DNA of 64,000 bases from Lingula anatina (GCA_051362555.1 CM120643.1:11506644-11570643), one strand, 5' to 3'. Positions 1 to 14,200 are shown, counted from the stretch's first letter. Numbers and translations are program-made. Notes: generated by a model from the letters alone, not told the origin.

Positions 1-134
1 CACAAGCCACGGTGCATATTAAAAAACCCCACTGATACAACCCAAACGTAAAATAAGCATTTAATTGCCATAGTTTACACAAAACAGAAGCATTCATAAT
101 TTGACGTGAGAATTGAGCAAACGAGACGGGTCTT

Positions 135-819
135 ATCTAGTCTGCTCCAGCATACCTAGCACAAACCACATGTTGTGGGGCAGGGGGTCACAGGAATGGA
201 GTTCTTCACGAATTACGCTAAATAACATCAACGTTTCATGCATCTGGGGAAATAAAAAGTGACTCACTAGTAACGTAAATACCCAGTGGAACTCTCTGTG
301 AAGCTCTGCTTTTCACCGCCATATAAGTTACTGTTTTTTTTTCTAACAAGGAAGACGTCATTTATTGTTGACAAAACGGTTATCCAAGTCGGTGAATAGC
401 TACACGCGTTCGTCAGATTTTGACAGTGCGTGGTATTTGGCGCCAAGAAGTCTAGGCGGTCGATCTCACTGATCTTTCAGTCGACTGTAGTAAATGTAGG
501 ATCTCGCGGCATTGACTTCAAGAACGTTTCCCCTGCATATATAGTTCAATCAAACTTGAAAACAAATTGCTTATTCTTCCCAAAATTTTTATTGCTAGCA
601 TACGCTATGTATGGTCTATATGAAGATGTTTACTACATATCCTACCCACTGTCGACATTTGGTTTCATCCAGAACAGACATCCCCCCCCAGTTACGGGCG
701 TGACGAATCAGTCAGCAAGGGCAAGTCTGCTAAATTAGCACAAATTGTATGTATATAAGCACTATTATTGTCATCGGGGACAAAGTAAATGACAGGTACG
801 TCTCGCTTGCAGACTAGAT
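135..819. mobile_element. Putative non-autonomous TIR DNA transposon (Academ-like TAG...CTA ends) in a FEN1 intron
   Basis: 11-bp inverted ends ATCTAGTCTGC (135) / GCAGACTAGAT (819) with CTT on both flanks; interior is richer in CpG than the flanks; no transposase ORF. Confidence 0.4.
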
Positions 820-1221
820 CTTTAGTTAATTGTTTCTTCCTCATTGACAAAAGCTATTGAAAGGACAACAATTGACAAAGGGCCGAGACGTGCAGCATCT
901 AATTTCACTGGCTTGAAAATTTACCGAGTCTTGCCGACGATGTGGTCGAACAATCGGAACAAGAAAAAAATTCTGTCGCATGATTTTGACGTATGGACTA
1001 AATGTTTGAGCCCTGAAAAATTAATTTTATAATATAATTTTTTGGTCGGATTGACTGGGCCCGTCGAAATGCTTGGCACATTACCGTACATTATTATAGT
1101 CTTTGTAACACATACTATCTTACATCTTCAAACCTAAACAACTTGATGGGACTGGAAGTTGGGATGAAACGACTAAGTTTTTAAACTTTAAAAAGTCAAC
1201 ATTTGGTTAACCCCAACTCAC

Positions 1222-4200
1222 TTGAAGCCTTTGTCCTCACACATGAACTTCACCACAGCCTCCTCATCTGGTTCAGTCCATTTTAGGTCCAACGTCCCAG
1301 GATCTGCAACTTCTGGTTCTTTAAACAACTGACGGGCTTCCTTAAAGACAGAAAAAATGGTTTTACGTTCACAATGATTTGTTTGTTTGTTATTTAATTT
1401 TTCACGCACAAAATGTAGATTAACAAATATGCACAAGGTTACCTTGCAAATTGTTCTTTCTGGGAAAATAGTAAAATCTTATCATCTCATTAAGCAACTG
1501 GAAATTTTGTTGAGTAATTGGATAAATAAAAAAAGATGCAGTATCCTTTTATGATTAATCTGCACTGAAGGAAATCTAAACAATCTTTCTATTTAAAATT
1601 TAACAAGTTACTTGATGTTAGTTTTGAATCAAACAACAAGTTGATTGTGAAAACAATTTTTTTTTGTTTATTATGTTTTTTTTTCTTCACTTTGCCTTAC
1701 CTTAAACATCCAGTCCTCGGGCACCGTGTATTTCTGGAAGAATGCCAGGGAAGTTCAAATAGCAGAATATAAAACATCATCAATATTTTTTACAATGCAG
1801 ATCATATCTGTTCAACATAAAATATCACCTACAAATTCTGAAATGAACAATTTACAAATAAACAGATATTTGATATTACGGTTCGTGTTCACTTCTCCTT
1901 ATGTGTTTGGCAGGTGACTTAACCCTGTTCCCAGTTAAGGTGGGTCAGTATGACATTAACCCATTTGACCCATCATCTCAGTGTATTCTCTCTTTGTATG
2001 GCCTAGTTCATTCAATCTCAGTGTGACATCTCAGTACGAATTACCTCAGTGTGACCTTCGCCAATAACACCTATCTCAGTGTGTACTTTCTAAGAGTGAA
2101 CTACCTCAGTATCTTATCTCAGCGTGTTTTATGTCAGTGTGACTTATCTCAGTGTGACCTATCTCAATGTGACCTACATGTATCTCAGTATGACTTATCT
2201 CAGTGTGACCTTCGCCAATAACACCTATCTCAGTGTGTCCTTTCTCAGAGTGACCTACCTCAGTATCTTATCTCACCATGTTTTATGTCAGTGTGACCTA
2301 TCTCAGTGTGACCTACCTGTACCTCAGTGTGACCTATCTCAGTATGAACTATCTCAAATTATGATAAGCACACCAGAGGCAGAAAATCTAACCTTTCCGC
2401 TGTCCACAAAATTAAAATTAGAACCAATCAGATGCTGTTAGATTGGTTTCTTATTGTGAGCACTCTGTTATCAATCTCATAGCTGAGATATACTCGAGAA
2501 AAAGTCACTTCAAAATCATGATGTCTGAAATGTACATAGTAATTAGAAATTAAATCTGCAGCATGGAAGAAAATGAAATAAACAACATGTACCTTTTGGT
2601 CTATATGTTTAATTACTTCTTCGATGCATTTGTATTGTTTGATGAAGTCGAGAGCTTTCTTGGGTCCTATCCCTCTAATAGACTCACAGTAGTCACAGCC
2701 CAGCAGTATACAGAGATCAATAAACTGGAAAATAGCACAAGAATCAATAATCATTAGCTAGGTACACTCACTTAAGGTAAATCTTCATTAATGACAATAA
2801 GAGGAAAGTATCATTAATTCAAAAATACACGGCTCATGTCAATTTTTGCTTCCCACTGTTGCCAGAAATATGAAGACATTTTCTTAGTAGCATTGTTCTG
2901 AGAAAAAAGGAAATTGTTTTAAATGCCAAGAGCAGAACTTTCTGAATTCAATAAAAATATGATCATCTCACCTCTTCATCTGACAGTCCTAATTCATCCA
3001 ATATTCTCCCATAATAAAATTCCTTAATTGGCATTTTTCTGAAATGAAAAGAACCTTTATCATCCTTGATTATTTAAAATGTTTTTTTTTTCTCTAAATT
3101 TAAAAACACCCCAAGAAAAACGGCTTGATATAACATTTTTGTTCATATCTTAAATTATACAATGTAATTTTAGATGCAGACACAATTATAAAGATTTTTA
3201 AATAACATCTGGAAGCTGAAATGAAAAAAAAAATGTTTGAAAATTTTTAAAACAGCACATGAGCCTTGAAGTGATACATGGGTACAGAATTTTCTCATCT
3301 TTGAATTTCTCTATTCTCATGGCATTTCAAAATGAGCTATTAACATTTCCATTATGAATTCAAAAGCCCTTAAAGCCAACTTAAGATTAAATCCTTTCTT
3401 AGAATTGTATGTTCCACTTATCAAATAACAAGTAGGCCATCAGATAATACAACCACTCCCATCCAAGTGTTGCCCATCCACCAAGCAAATAAGGAAGAAG
3501 AATTAATCACTTTTATCATTATCACAATTCAATACATCACCGGTAAAAATAAATGGGGATAAACTAGTATTCTCAGGAATAAGACATGCCATTGACTCCT
3601 TGATCTCTGTCCAGTCTAATCTGATGAATGGTTTACTCTCGATATGGTGACGTGTGGGATATTTCTTAGAGAGCTGTTGATGAGAGATGGCGTTTCTTTT
3701 AGTCATTGGCAGTGGAGCACTGGTCAAGCACATACTCAAGGACAGAGACAGCAGTGAGGAACAGATGGTTGACCATTAGTCTTCGAGAAATTCATGGACA
3801 CAGGCCAAGTAAGATCAGAAAATCAAGTATTCCTTATTTTTTATATCAGGACATACAAGATAACAATTCATATAAGTGAAAATTACAATTAATGTGGCAG
3901 AACAAAATAACAGCAATGAGATGTTTTAGATAAAGTGTGAGGAAAAAATACTGTGCATCATCAGAGACATTACTGAGAACAGATAAGAATAAGGATTAAC
4001 CTTTTATTTAAAAAACCTAAGAAAATAAATAACTGAAAGCCTGAGCTAATTTTGAGGTGCTGACTATTTTTTTTTTTCAAAATCTGCAGCACAAATTCTA
4101 AAATATCAAACAAACTATAAAATCAAGCCTGCTTTTGTGCCAGTTTTGCTAGAGGCAGGCAGAAGGATTTACAGTGAAGTTAAACAGTAAACACAATCAA

Positions 4201-7200
4201 AGAATGATGAAGGATGCTGTCTAGTAATTGTGTCACATTCAGCCGCCTAACTGAGATTAAAGCAAATCTTTTATAGTAAGTTACATGATTCTGACATTTT
4301 CAGGCAGGATTTTAATATCCTGTCTCAAAGGCTTCTACACACTGGGATAAAAATCACGAAAGTAAAGTGTTCCTTCTTAATTGCCAGATGAAAAACTACA
4401 ATTACTGCACAGCTTCATAAGTGAGGCAATAAATACAAAGGCTATGAAGGATGCAATATCTAGTGCCGCTTAATACGCTAATACTTCCCTAGACATGCTA
4501 GACATGCTAATGCAACGGACATTCAAAACTGTCATCAGTTTTCAAATCTCTTTCTCAAGAAACAGAGCTGTACTTTTCATGCACACTCTAAGTCAAGGTG
4601 AATGAGGTGGTTCTCCTCGACTGTGTAAAAAAAGATCTGATGTGGGACATAATTGGTAAAAACCACAAGGATTGTTAAAAATTGGAGACATTGCTGTTGA
4701 AGATACCAAGCAAATGTAAACTGATAGAACTGCCATATAAAAGACTGTTATAACCTACGATATAATGGCACAAGCCCCCAAAGGTAAACCTTTCTAAAAG
4801 AGGCACAGAAGTTCTTTCAGAAGAACAAAACCCGAAAGAACAGAGAATGGAGAGCTTTTAAGGAAGAACATACTGTGAAGTGGTTCATAATGCTTTAAGC
4901 TTTTTTCTTGATGTGTAAATAAACTGTGTTGAAAATTGCTGCCAAAACACCTTAAATTATGGAATGTAACACAACAGATGATGATTTTCTCCATTCTGAC
5001 TCAAATAACATTGTAGGTAAAACTGGAGCAGTCTTCATCATCTTGGAAATCATCTTGGGAGGCATTGGGAATTTATTAGTGATCACAGCTGTCATCAAGT
5101 CAGAGAAACTCCAGGTTGCCTACAATGCCTTCACAGTAAGTCTAGCCATTACTGACGTCCTGTTCACACTCTGTATCATGCCTTTCTATGTAGACACCTA
5201 TCTTAGAAGGAGATGGAACTTTTCAGATGAAGTGGGAAAGTACGTGAATTTCTTCGGAACCATTCTCATAATCGCCTCAGGCCTTAACATCATGTGCATT
5301 GCTGTCAACCGATGCATTCTCATAGTGCATCCTAGAGCGTATAAAAGATTTGCGTCAAAGGTCGCCATTGGTCTCCAGATATCTGCAGTATGGCTGCTGG
5401 CATTCACTGTTGTTGCACCTGGTATGTGGGGTTATGGCGTGGAAGTGGCATACACCCACCAAGTGGGGCGATACAACTATGTCCGCCAGACTTCTCGTCC
5501 AACAGTGATTACCGTCTTCGTGGTGGCAATCATCATCCCCTGCATGGTACTGACAGGGTGTTATTTTCGTATAGTACAGGCCATACGCAAAAGTCGTGAC
5601 CGTATTTGTACATACACTGCACGGCATACAGAATGGGTACCATCGCCTGTTCATACCATCAGCAGCAGCCACTTGAACGCAGACCTAACCATGACTGGTC
5701 TGACAAATCTCCCTGTCAGTGAGCAAAGACAGAATGATCTCATATACGAAATCCCAGAAAACGATATTCGGTCAGTCAAGATGATCTTGGTGGTATTTTT
5801 AGGCTTTTTCTTAACATACCTTCCTTTTACTATTGTGAACACAGTGGATGTGAATGCATGTTTTGATCGGGCGGTGTACATGATTTCTGCACTGACATTT
5901 TGGTTGGCCTCTTGTGTGAATCCATGGATCTATGGGATTATGAATAAAAGTTTTCGCCAAGCGTATGGTGAAATTCTATGCTCATGTGGAGGCAGCCGCA
6001 GGCAGAGAAAGAACTGACCTTCAAAGCTGAATTTTCTTCAAATATAAACTTATGTAACAGAAAATCAGCAAGTGGAAAGAACAAGCCAACCCCTTGCATT
6101 TCCTTAATCTTATTATGATGGTATCTTTCATTTTATAACATCATTCAAAAGGAAACGTATGCACAGTGCTGATGTATTGGTAGCACAATACACTTAATTA
6201 CCTATGCCACTTGAGAGTTTCTATCCAAGCAAAAGTGAAATAATTGCTTGTCAGATTTTGCACACACTTTCCAATTATCTAGTTTCTGTGTGAGTTAATA
6301 CTATATTATCCATCTGAATATTAATACTGATTGATAATGGTGATAAAGCAATGTATCAACACTAATAAATTGCTTTATGTAAATTGCATTCCATTTATTA
6401 CCTACGTAACTGTATATTTTGCTGCTGGGTATCAAAAATCTTAGAGGTAGTTTACCACTCTTTATCCAATTTATTCAATTTTAGCAAGTTTGTTCTATCA
6501 TTAATTCTTTATTATAAATAATAGCAGCAGTCTCTAGAAAGGAATTATCATTCACAAATTGGAATTACAAAATGAATCATTAACAACAACAATATATATA
6601 TATACTGTACATTAGCTGATGGTTTAAAATGTGACTTGTTTTCTCTTAGGCTTATGTGCACATCTTAAAAAAATATGTTTATCAATGATGACAAAATACA
6701 ATGAAATACGACCTTGAAATATAAGGTGCCAAATCCAATAACAAATAAGTCAATTACACTAGGTGACTCATCTGTTTCCAGGATATCTTCACGGAAGCTA
6801 TTGAGACTACTGACGATTCTTAATAAACACTTGAGAAATAATCCACACATTTGGTGCAAACACTTGTGAGATCTTGGAAATTATATAACCTCCAGACAAT
6901 GTCCTGTTATCTCTCCAGATATTGGGTCATGCTGATTTCAAAATCTAAATAATTTGGACAGGGGCCCATATATTAACTAGTATAACTAATAAAGGACAGG
7001 GGGTGTATTTAAATTGAGATAATTAATTCATCTTGCTCATAGTTTAGGGATAATGGGTAGAGTTCTTTGTTTTTGACTACAAATAAAAAGTTTTTAGTCT
7101 CAATTATGGAATTATATGTTGGAGATTATCTATGTCCAAGGTTACCTAGGCTACAAATTGTCCTAGAATAATTGTGGTTATTAAATCAAGTAGAGATTTC

Positions 7201-10200
7201 TGCACTTCAGTTATCTTAATAATGCAGAATTAAAGTGCTGCTTTCATATAACAACTTACTTTTCACATTTGAGAAGGCCAGAGGAGAAAAATGGAGAAAA
7301 TGCATAAATATAAACAGGAAGTTTGATATAACAATGAAATGGGGGTTAAAAAAAAAAACCTTGGGCAGACTTGCATCATAACTTTTTTTCTAAGGCAGAT
7401 ATTAATCTACTGAAGCAAAGTTTTAAAAAGATATCCCCAGTTTACCTTTAATATGATAAATCTATAAAGTCAAAGAAAGAACAACGCAGTCCCAAGAAAA
7501 CAAATCATTTCACAATGTTGCACAACATCTATCAAAAATTAAAAATCACTGTTCAAATTTCATGGTTAAAAATCCAGTAACTAACCTGGCTTCACTGAAA
7601 GTTAAGTGCCTGAGGAGGATGGAGGAACCAAAGGTAAGAGCATCCATGTCCTCTGTTCCTGTGGCGTACACAACCCCTGCTTTCACCATGGCCGCACACT
7701 GAGCCTCCGCCTCACACGGGGCCTACGATAAAGAGACATTTATAAATAAAAATATATAAATAAATATTTAGGTTAAGACCCTAGATAAATCAAGAAAATA
7801 AAAACCCTCAATACGACCTCATTCCCAAAAAGACACCATGGGTCTTAGTGGACAAACTCAACTATTGCTAAGTCCAATCAGTTTAACTTAATGCCATGCC
7901 TCCTTTTGTTTCTATCCCATATAGGATAACCAGCTTTAACTTAATGCCAGGAGGCGATTGCGCTCAGCGAGAACCACCCCAGAGTTGGGTAGATCCACAT
8001 AGCCAGTAATAAAAGAAGTCATCAGAAAATTTCATTTAAAAATAATTTCAAATCCAGTAATGAAAGCAGACAGTAAATTTTTTATTATAAAAATGAAAGC
8101 CATTTTACAAAGTGTGCAAGACTTTTATATAGCAAAAAAAAATTAACAGAAATTTCAGCAATTTTCCCTTTATCAATAAAGCAGACTGTGGCTATCTTTA
8201 CAGAAGGCATTGAAAAAGATCTGTATGCCCATTTTTGAGTTTTAAATTTCTCATTTTTACTGTCAGGAATTCAATTCACCAGTCTCCATTATAAGAGAGG
8301 GACTAGAAACTTACAGCTAAGAAAAGAAAAGGGTTTATGGATTGGAATTCTGGTCAGTGAACAGATTTTGATATAAGAAAAAGTCCTGAAATTTCCAATA
8401 AAATTTATTTTTTGCTATATAAAAGTGTAACACTGTTTTGGTGCCTTAAAAGTGGCAATGAAACTAGGCATGGAAACTGGTTCATGGAAAATGTGCATAT
8501 CACTGGGGAAAATGTTTTATATGGATCAAATCTGATTTCATGTTTCTAAATTATGGCTGAATAGCAGTTACCCATGTTAAATAGATTTAACCCAAAATAC
8601 AAAACCTGAAAAGGTCTCAACTCAAAAACAGACTGATAAAATAAATGTTATAATGTTATCAGGTCTCAAGCAAAATGATGCAAACATAGCTTAAAAAATA
8701 CTATTATTATTTTTTGTTTGTTTGTTTAAGCTTTCTTCCTTTCATTTCATTCCTTGACATTCCTTACTGCACAAAAGCCTAATTAAAACTGCTTTTTTTC
8801 TTTTTGTGTGTACGAGTGTGAGAAAATATTATCATGAAAATTTGAATATTTTTACCCCTTTAGTTGACCCAACTTAAGAAATGGCAAAGAATCTAAATCA
8901 AATATTGACTTCGAGTGGACCTTTTTCTGACTAAAGGGGCAATTCTATTTAACACCCTGAACCCCCTTCCTCTCATCATGTACCTGCCCTTACCTCCACA
9001 TAGGGAATTCCCATCAACCTCAGAAGTTGCTTGCACTCGTCATTGTGTTCCCTTGTCACTTTGACCAATCTTCGATTTAGTTTGTCCACAGTCTCGGCCT
9101 CGCCGGCCTCCTCTGCCTCTGCCAGCTCCTTCTGGGTCTTCTCCCTTCTTTCAGTTCTTTTGGCAAGCTGCGAGAAACAAGACGCATTCACGATAACATT
9201 ATTTATGTAAAAATATAAAAATAGGGGTTGAGAAAATAGAAGATATTAAACCTACATTCCCTAATTTAAATTTTGAATTCAAACATTTTCCTAAGTTTAA
9301 GGAGAAAATATGCTTGTGTAACCCAGACATGCTGAAAACTTTTCAGAATGGCCGGACATTTGGACCGGCAGTAATGAAAAATTTGCCAGACCGAATGGTA
9401 TTTTGTCGGACCGAAAATCACACTATTCGTTTGACACAGATACTACCAGTACGATTAGGTAGCTTACTTTGTTTGTGAATGTGATAGGTTTGAAATGGAG
9501 GGAAAAATGCTTTGGGTTTTATATAATTTTATTAGTGAAGTATGTCCAATGATGATCGTAAATTCAAAATTGTGGTTCTTAAAACTCTTGTCAGCCCAAT
9601 TTTTTACTGGTCTAGACAAATTTTCCCGGTCATGACTGATCGGACCGACAGTTTCAGCATGTCTGGTAACCCCTGTAAAACATTCATATCAGTGAATCCA
9701 AGAATAGTACAACTGGATGTAATGCTATAGTATTTTAGATCAAGACTCACTTCAACCATCCAAAACTTTTCAAGGTAATTGTTGTTATAATATGTAAGAT
9801 ACACCTTTTCCTTAGAAATTCCGGCTGTGTTGTTCTCCAGCCTTCATCAGTGTGTGAAAATTAATATAATTAGAACTAAAAATTTTAGCTTTATTTCTGC
9901 CTCCACCCACCTCGCCAGATTTCATCTGTGGTGGTTTGCCATCAAAGACGTAGACTGGTTTGATTCCATTCTCTACCATTCTGATGGTTCGGTAGAAGAT
10001 CCCCATCAGATGACTACAGAGTTCAGAAAATATAATACAAAAACTTTTGAGTCACACCAAACAAATTGTCTGGAAAAAGATTTTTAAAGGTTCTACTACA
10101 ATTCTGATTCAGTTAATATGCACTGTAATAAAAGAGTGGTTAGTACCTAATACAACTAACTTTGCTGTAGAAAAGTGAACATGCAGTAAAAACCAATTAC

Positions 10201-10437
10201 TAGTATTTCTACAAATTACCTTCTCTATGAAAAATCAAAGTTGTTTTTGGTAAAAAAAAAATGTACTAGTATGACATTTGCAAAACTCCTAATCTAACTC
10301 TAGCAAGTCTGCTAAAAAATCAAATGTAAATAAAAATAATGGACATGGATACTACTATGCATAGCTGAAAATAGGGGTGAGTCTTCAGTTTTTTAGAAAA
10401 AGACTTAAAAGACTGAAACTCTTGTTGATTCTCTCTC

Positions 10438-10522
<85 letters not shown>

Positions 10523-10838
10523 ATGCATACATGCATTCTTACCTTGTGACATCTCCTTGTTCATTGGTAAGCACATTGCCTTCTGATCTCACAGCAATAA
10601 GAAACTGGTAGATACACATGGACGCATCAATGGCCACCTTGCGCCCTTTAATTTTAAAACAATAAAAAATTAATACATTTATCATTAGTTTCTATGATTT
10701 TTGTTACGTTTATCATTGATTTAGTCGGAGTGAACTTGAATGAATGGACATGAAACAGTAAACTATGGCTATGATAACTGCTTTCTGTAACTCAACTGAC
10801 ATACTAGTATTCAACTGGAGAATGGGAATGTTTAAATT

Positions 10839-10873
<35 letters not shown>

Positions 10874-10973
10874 AGTCCATTGTTTACTCACCAAAATAGT
10901 TCTTAATTTCATTCTCCTTCACTGCACCAGAGGCATGATCACCAATCACCTTAGAGAGCTGATGAATTCCCAT
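1222..10973 (-). CDS. FEN1: Flap endonuclease 1 (multi-exon; 3' exons lie beyond the window start)
   Basis: GT-AG exons 10973-10892 ([28 protein letters not shown]), 10645-10543 ([19 protein letters not shown]), 10013-9911 ([28 protein letters not shown]), 9167-8994 ([15 protein letters not shown]), 7722-7586 ([20 protein letters not shown]), 3038-2972, 2724-2593 ([18 protein letters not shown]), 1733-1701, 1340-1222 ([15 protein letters not shown]). XPG-N, XPG-I and H3TH motifs present; phases join. Confidence 0.96.
1975..2357. repeat. Degenerate ~15-bp minisatellite (ATCTCAGTGTGACCT) with a larger internal duplication
   Basis: Repeated CTCAGTGTGACCTAT units; block GACCTTCGCCAATAACACCTATCTCAG occurs at ~2053 and ~2206. 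Confidence 0.85.
4959..6017 (+). CDS. Intronless class A (rhodopsin-like) GPCR, melatonin-receptor/moody/GPR84-like, nested antisense in a FEN1 intron (3039-7585)
   Basis: 352-aa ORF with 7 hydrophobic segments; GN in TM1, SLAxxD in TM2, IAVNRC at the DRY position, CYFRI after TM5, YLPF in TM6, NPWIY plus helix 8 (NKSFRQAY); N-terminal NTT sequon. Confidence 0.9.
   Translation: MECNTTDDDFLHSDSNNIVGKTGAVFIILEIILGGIGNLLVITAVIKSEKLQVAYNAFTVSLAITDVLFTLCIMPFYVDTYLRRRWNFSDEVGKYVNFFGTILIIASGLNIMCIAVNRCILIVHPRAYKRFASKVAIGLQISAVWLLAFTVVAPGMWGYGVEVAYTHQVGRYNYVRQTSRPTVITVFVVAIIIPCMVLTGCYFRIVQAIRKSRDRICTYTARHTEWVPSPVHTISSSHLNADLTMTGLTNLPVSEQRQNDLIYEIPENDIRSVKMILVVFLGFFLTYLPFTIVNTVDVNACFDRAVYMISALTFWLASCVNPWIYGIMNKSFRQAYGEILCSCGGSRRQRKN
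9322..9674. mobile_element. Degenerate MITE (hAT-like) in a FEN1 intron
   Basis: Inverted CCAGACATGCTGAAA (9322) / TTTCAGCATGTCTGG (9653); right end CCCCTG; left end eroded. Confidence 0.5.
10442..10520. repeat. (TG)n microsatellite
   Basis: About 40 perfect TG units in FEN1 intron 2. Confidence 0.98.
10842..10872. repeat. (GA)n microsatellite
   Basis: Perfect GA run near the donor of FEN1 intron 1. Confidence 0.95.
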
Positions 10974-11265
10974 ATCTTACTTGATGACCGCACTGTTTAC
11001 TGTCAACAGGAAGAGCATGGAAATTCCCCGCCAAATTTCAATTACAATGCATGACGGGAAAACAATAACATTTACATGTTTTGATTCGATACAAAGAAAT
11101 TGCAACTTCACAATAAGCCCAATTTATGCGTGTATTTTAATATGTTACATCGGTCAGAGATAAGTAATGCCTATATTGGCTAAATTTCCCCTGGAAAGAA
11201 GTTTTTAAATCCCAGGTTCAGATCGAGACTAACCGGAAGCACATGGACGAGAAACGACAACAAGC
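10974..11265. promoter_or_regulatory. Bidirectional promoter of FEN1 and DDX27
   Basis: Divergent ATGs 292 bp apart; E2F-like CCCGCCAAA (~11027), ZNF143/Staf-like TTCCCGTCATGCATTGT on minus (~11044-11060), ETS-like ACCGGAAG (~11232). Confidence 0.7.
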
Positions 11266-14200
11266 ATGGCAGAATTTGGGCTGATCGGTACTATAGCTGA
11301 GGATGACGAGATACAAGTAGAGCCAGAGAGCAGTGACAGTGATGATGAGGTACATTTAGATAGAGATATCATTAACAGTCAGTATTTAATTTATGAGTGC
11401 TATATAAAGCTCTGTTGGCCTAAGATCGTTCATGAATATCGAGACTGCGATGATATTGTGAACTAGAATCTAGATGTACACCGTACTTCAGTACACGTGT
11501 AATGTAGTCAAATGATGTAGCAGACACATTCAGTATTTAGTTTGTGCAAATCAAATACAGTGGAATTTAAGCGAATGACTCTTGCTTGAATTGCACATAC
11601 ATGTACGTATGTGATTAGAGCTATATACAAATATATAAATATATTAACTTTAATTTTCAGGTTGTGCCAAAAAAGAAAAAGAAGAAAATAGTAGCGAATG
11701 GTGATTTTGACAGCAATTTCACTTTTGTTGATCAGGTATGTACATTTTCTTTGAATACCCAATGTACTTCTTAACACAATTAATGCTTAAGAGCATTTTA
11801 CATCTCATTAATGTGGAGTAAAGACTTTGTTTAAAGATATGGCTGTGTAATTTTACAATATGTTGTCTGTCTACACTAACTAAGAATCCTAACTATGGAT
11901 GCTTTTAATGATCCAATGTTAACCTTCACTAAGTAGCTTTGTCTATAAATCTGCAATTTGATACAATTGTGTAAAGTTGTACACATGAAAAACCTATTCA
12001 TTTTCTCTGTATTCACAGGCCTCAGGGGAAGGAGTCTGGAATATGGACATAGCTCTGCAGTTTGCCAAGAAGAAGGTTCATTCTACATCACTGGATGAAA
12101 AAATTGCAAAGCTGAGGAGACAACAAAAGAAAGAAAAGGAAGTAAGTTAATTGTCACAAATTATTTATGTCTTTGTCTCTTATATATATATTTTATATAT
12201 GTATTGTATTGTATTGGGTTAGAAAGAACATAGAACTCCTTTTTGTACACGGTTGGCTTTATTTTCAGTTTATTCAAAATTGCTGATAAGCTGATAGCCG
12301 GTCACTAAAATAAAAAATAAAAATACAATTTAATATATTCAAAAGTATAATATAAAACAATGATTCTCATAAATTAAAACAAATACACTTACATAAATTG
12401 TGGAGTCTATATCTTATAAAGAGAGTCATGTCCTTCTCCTGCTTTCTCCAGTAAAGTCAGTGGTGTGTGTGTCTCAGTAGGTGTGGTCTTTTGTATTCAT
12501 GCATCACATGAGTGAGTGACCACATTTCACATTTGCTTGACTGAACAGTTTTTGTCAATATTGTGTGGAATCCCAGAACATATATATATATCCATCTTGA
12601 AGTGAGTTTCCGCCTTTTCTATGTGAAAAAGTTCTGAAAGTGGATGGTCAAACTGCTATATGGGGTACATGAAAATAGGCTTTGAGTATTTTGAGGCAAA
12701 AAAGCAGAATGTGTCATCTCTGAAATAAATGCATCTGTGTAAAGAGACCAAAATTAGCATTATTAAATTTTTAAATATTTATTTGTTATTTATTAGAAGC
12801 AGGACATAAGTGGACAAGCAGAAAAAGACGAAGAGGAAGATGACGACAAAGATGAGGAAGAAGAGCAAGAAACAGAGGAGGAGTCTTCAGAGTCAGAGGA
12901 AGAAGTTATAGCAGGTGATCATAGGTTACTGTCCTGAATAATTATGATATTGAGAATATCAAAAATTCTTTTTGTTACTTATCAATTCTTATATAATTTG
13001 AAAACTTGCCACTAGAGGGCAATGTTTGCTTTGGGTTGGCTTTGCCATTCTGTTGAATCTCTCAGTGTTGAATATCTCCTTAAGGACAGTTAAGGTACTG
13101 GGCAATAAACGTATTGATGACTTACTTATAGTTTTCATTTGTGGTTTCTATAATCCCGCTAAATATACAATTCTCCCTCATTAAGCAGGTCTGCAGGTTT
13201 AGGTGCGCATACTTTAATTTCCACAATTCCCCCCGTAGTCCCACCTTTGCTCAGGCGATGTCCTCCACACAATTTGAAAATTATTTTCTTCAGGCAAGTC
13301 ATTTATCATGTTGCAACCCTCCTCCATTTCCCTTATTTGAATTTGAACATTTTTTAAAAATCTCTTGTTGCATTGGTCATTGAAATTTCAAGTTGTGATA
13401 GTCATTCATCTATGAGCGCATTCTCAACGAATTAAGCCAGGCTTTACAAAGCCGGTGACCTAAAAATGGCGGACGTACATGAAAGAAAAACCGCCTAATC
13501 TTTTAATAGTCCCTCCGCCTCCCCACACATCGTCCCTTCGGGGTACAGTAATTAAATCGCGTCTCCGTTCGCCATGCAGAAGCTACCTGAGAAATATTAA
13601 GTGTGCATGGTCATCAGTTAAACTCGTGGTGAAGAAAGCATGGCGGCTGAAGGCGATCGAAGGAAAAAAGCTCTTCTGTTCTATTATCTTTGAAAACAGA
13701 GACGAAAAAGGAATAATTTGGCCCGTAGAGCAGCAATGAATCGACTATCTACGGAGATAATATCACCAGAGATATTCACGGAAATATTAATGTTCGAAGC
13801 CGAGATTTAATTACTGTACCCCGCAGGGACGACGTGTGGGGAGGCGTGTGAGAGGCGGAGAGACTATTAAAAGATTAGGCGTTTTTTCTTTCATGTACGT
13901 CCGCCATTTTTAGGTCACCGGCTTTGTAAAGCCTGGCTTAATTCGTTGAGAATGCGCTCTATTAGATCTAATTTGTTCAACTTTAATGTGTATTGTTTGA
14001 ATTCAGGTGTAATTTTAGTAAATTGTTTTTTTCCGATTTGTTGTAGATCAGGTAAAGGTTAAACAAAAGAAGAAAAAGAAGAAGAAAAAGAGCCAGCAAG
14101 AAGATGATACTGAGGTGATCATTTTACATGTTATACTTATTGTATATAATTACTGTAAAATTAGTCTTGACGTTTCTAAAAAGGAAAACATGCAAGTAAC

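Noticed and set aside
1975-2441. CRISPR-like array, or the 105-aa repetitive ORF
   Set aside because: Degenerate minisatellite with no unique spacers, in a eukaryotic intron
10320-10586. HT/CV-repeat ORFs, and the poly-Ile ORFs at 26706-26970
   Set aside because: Microsatellite translations
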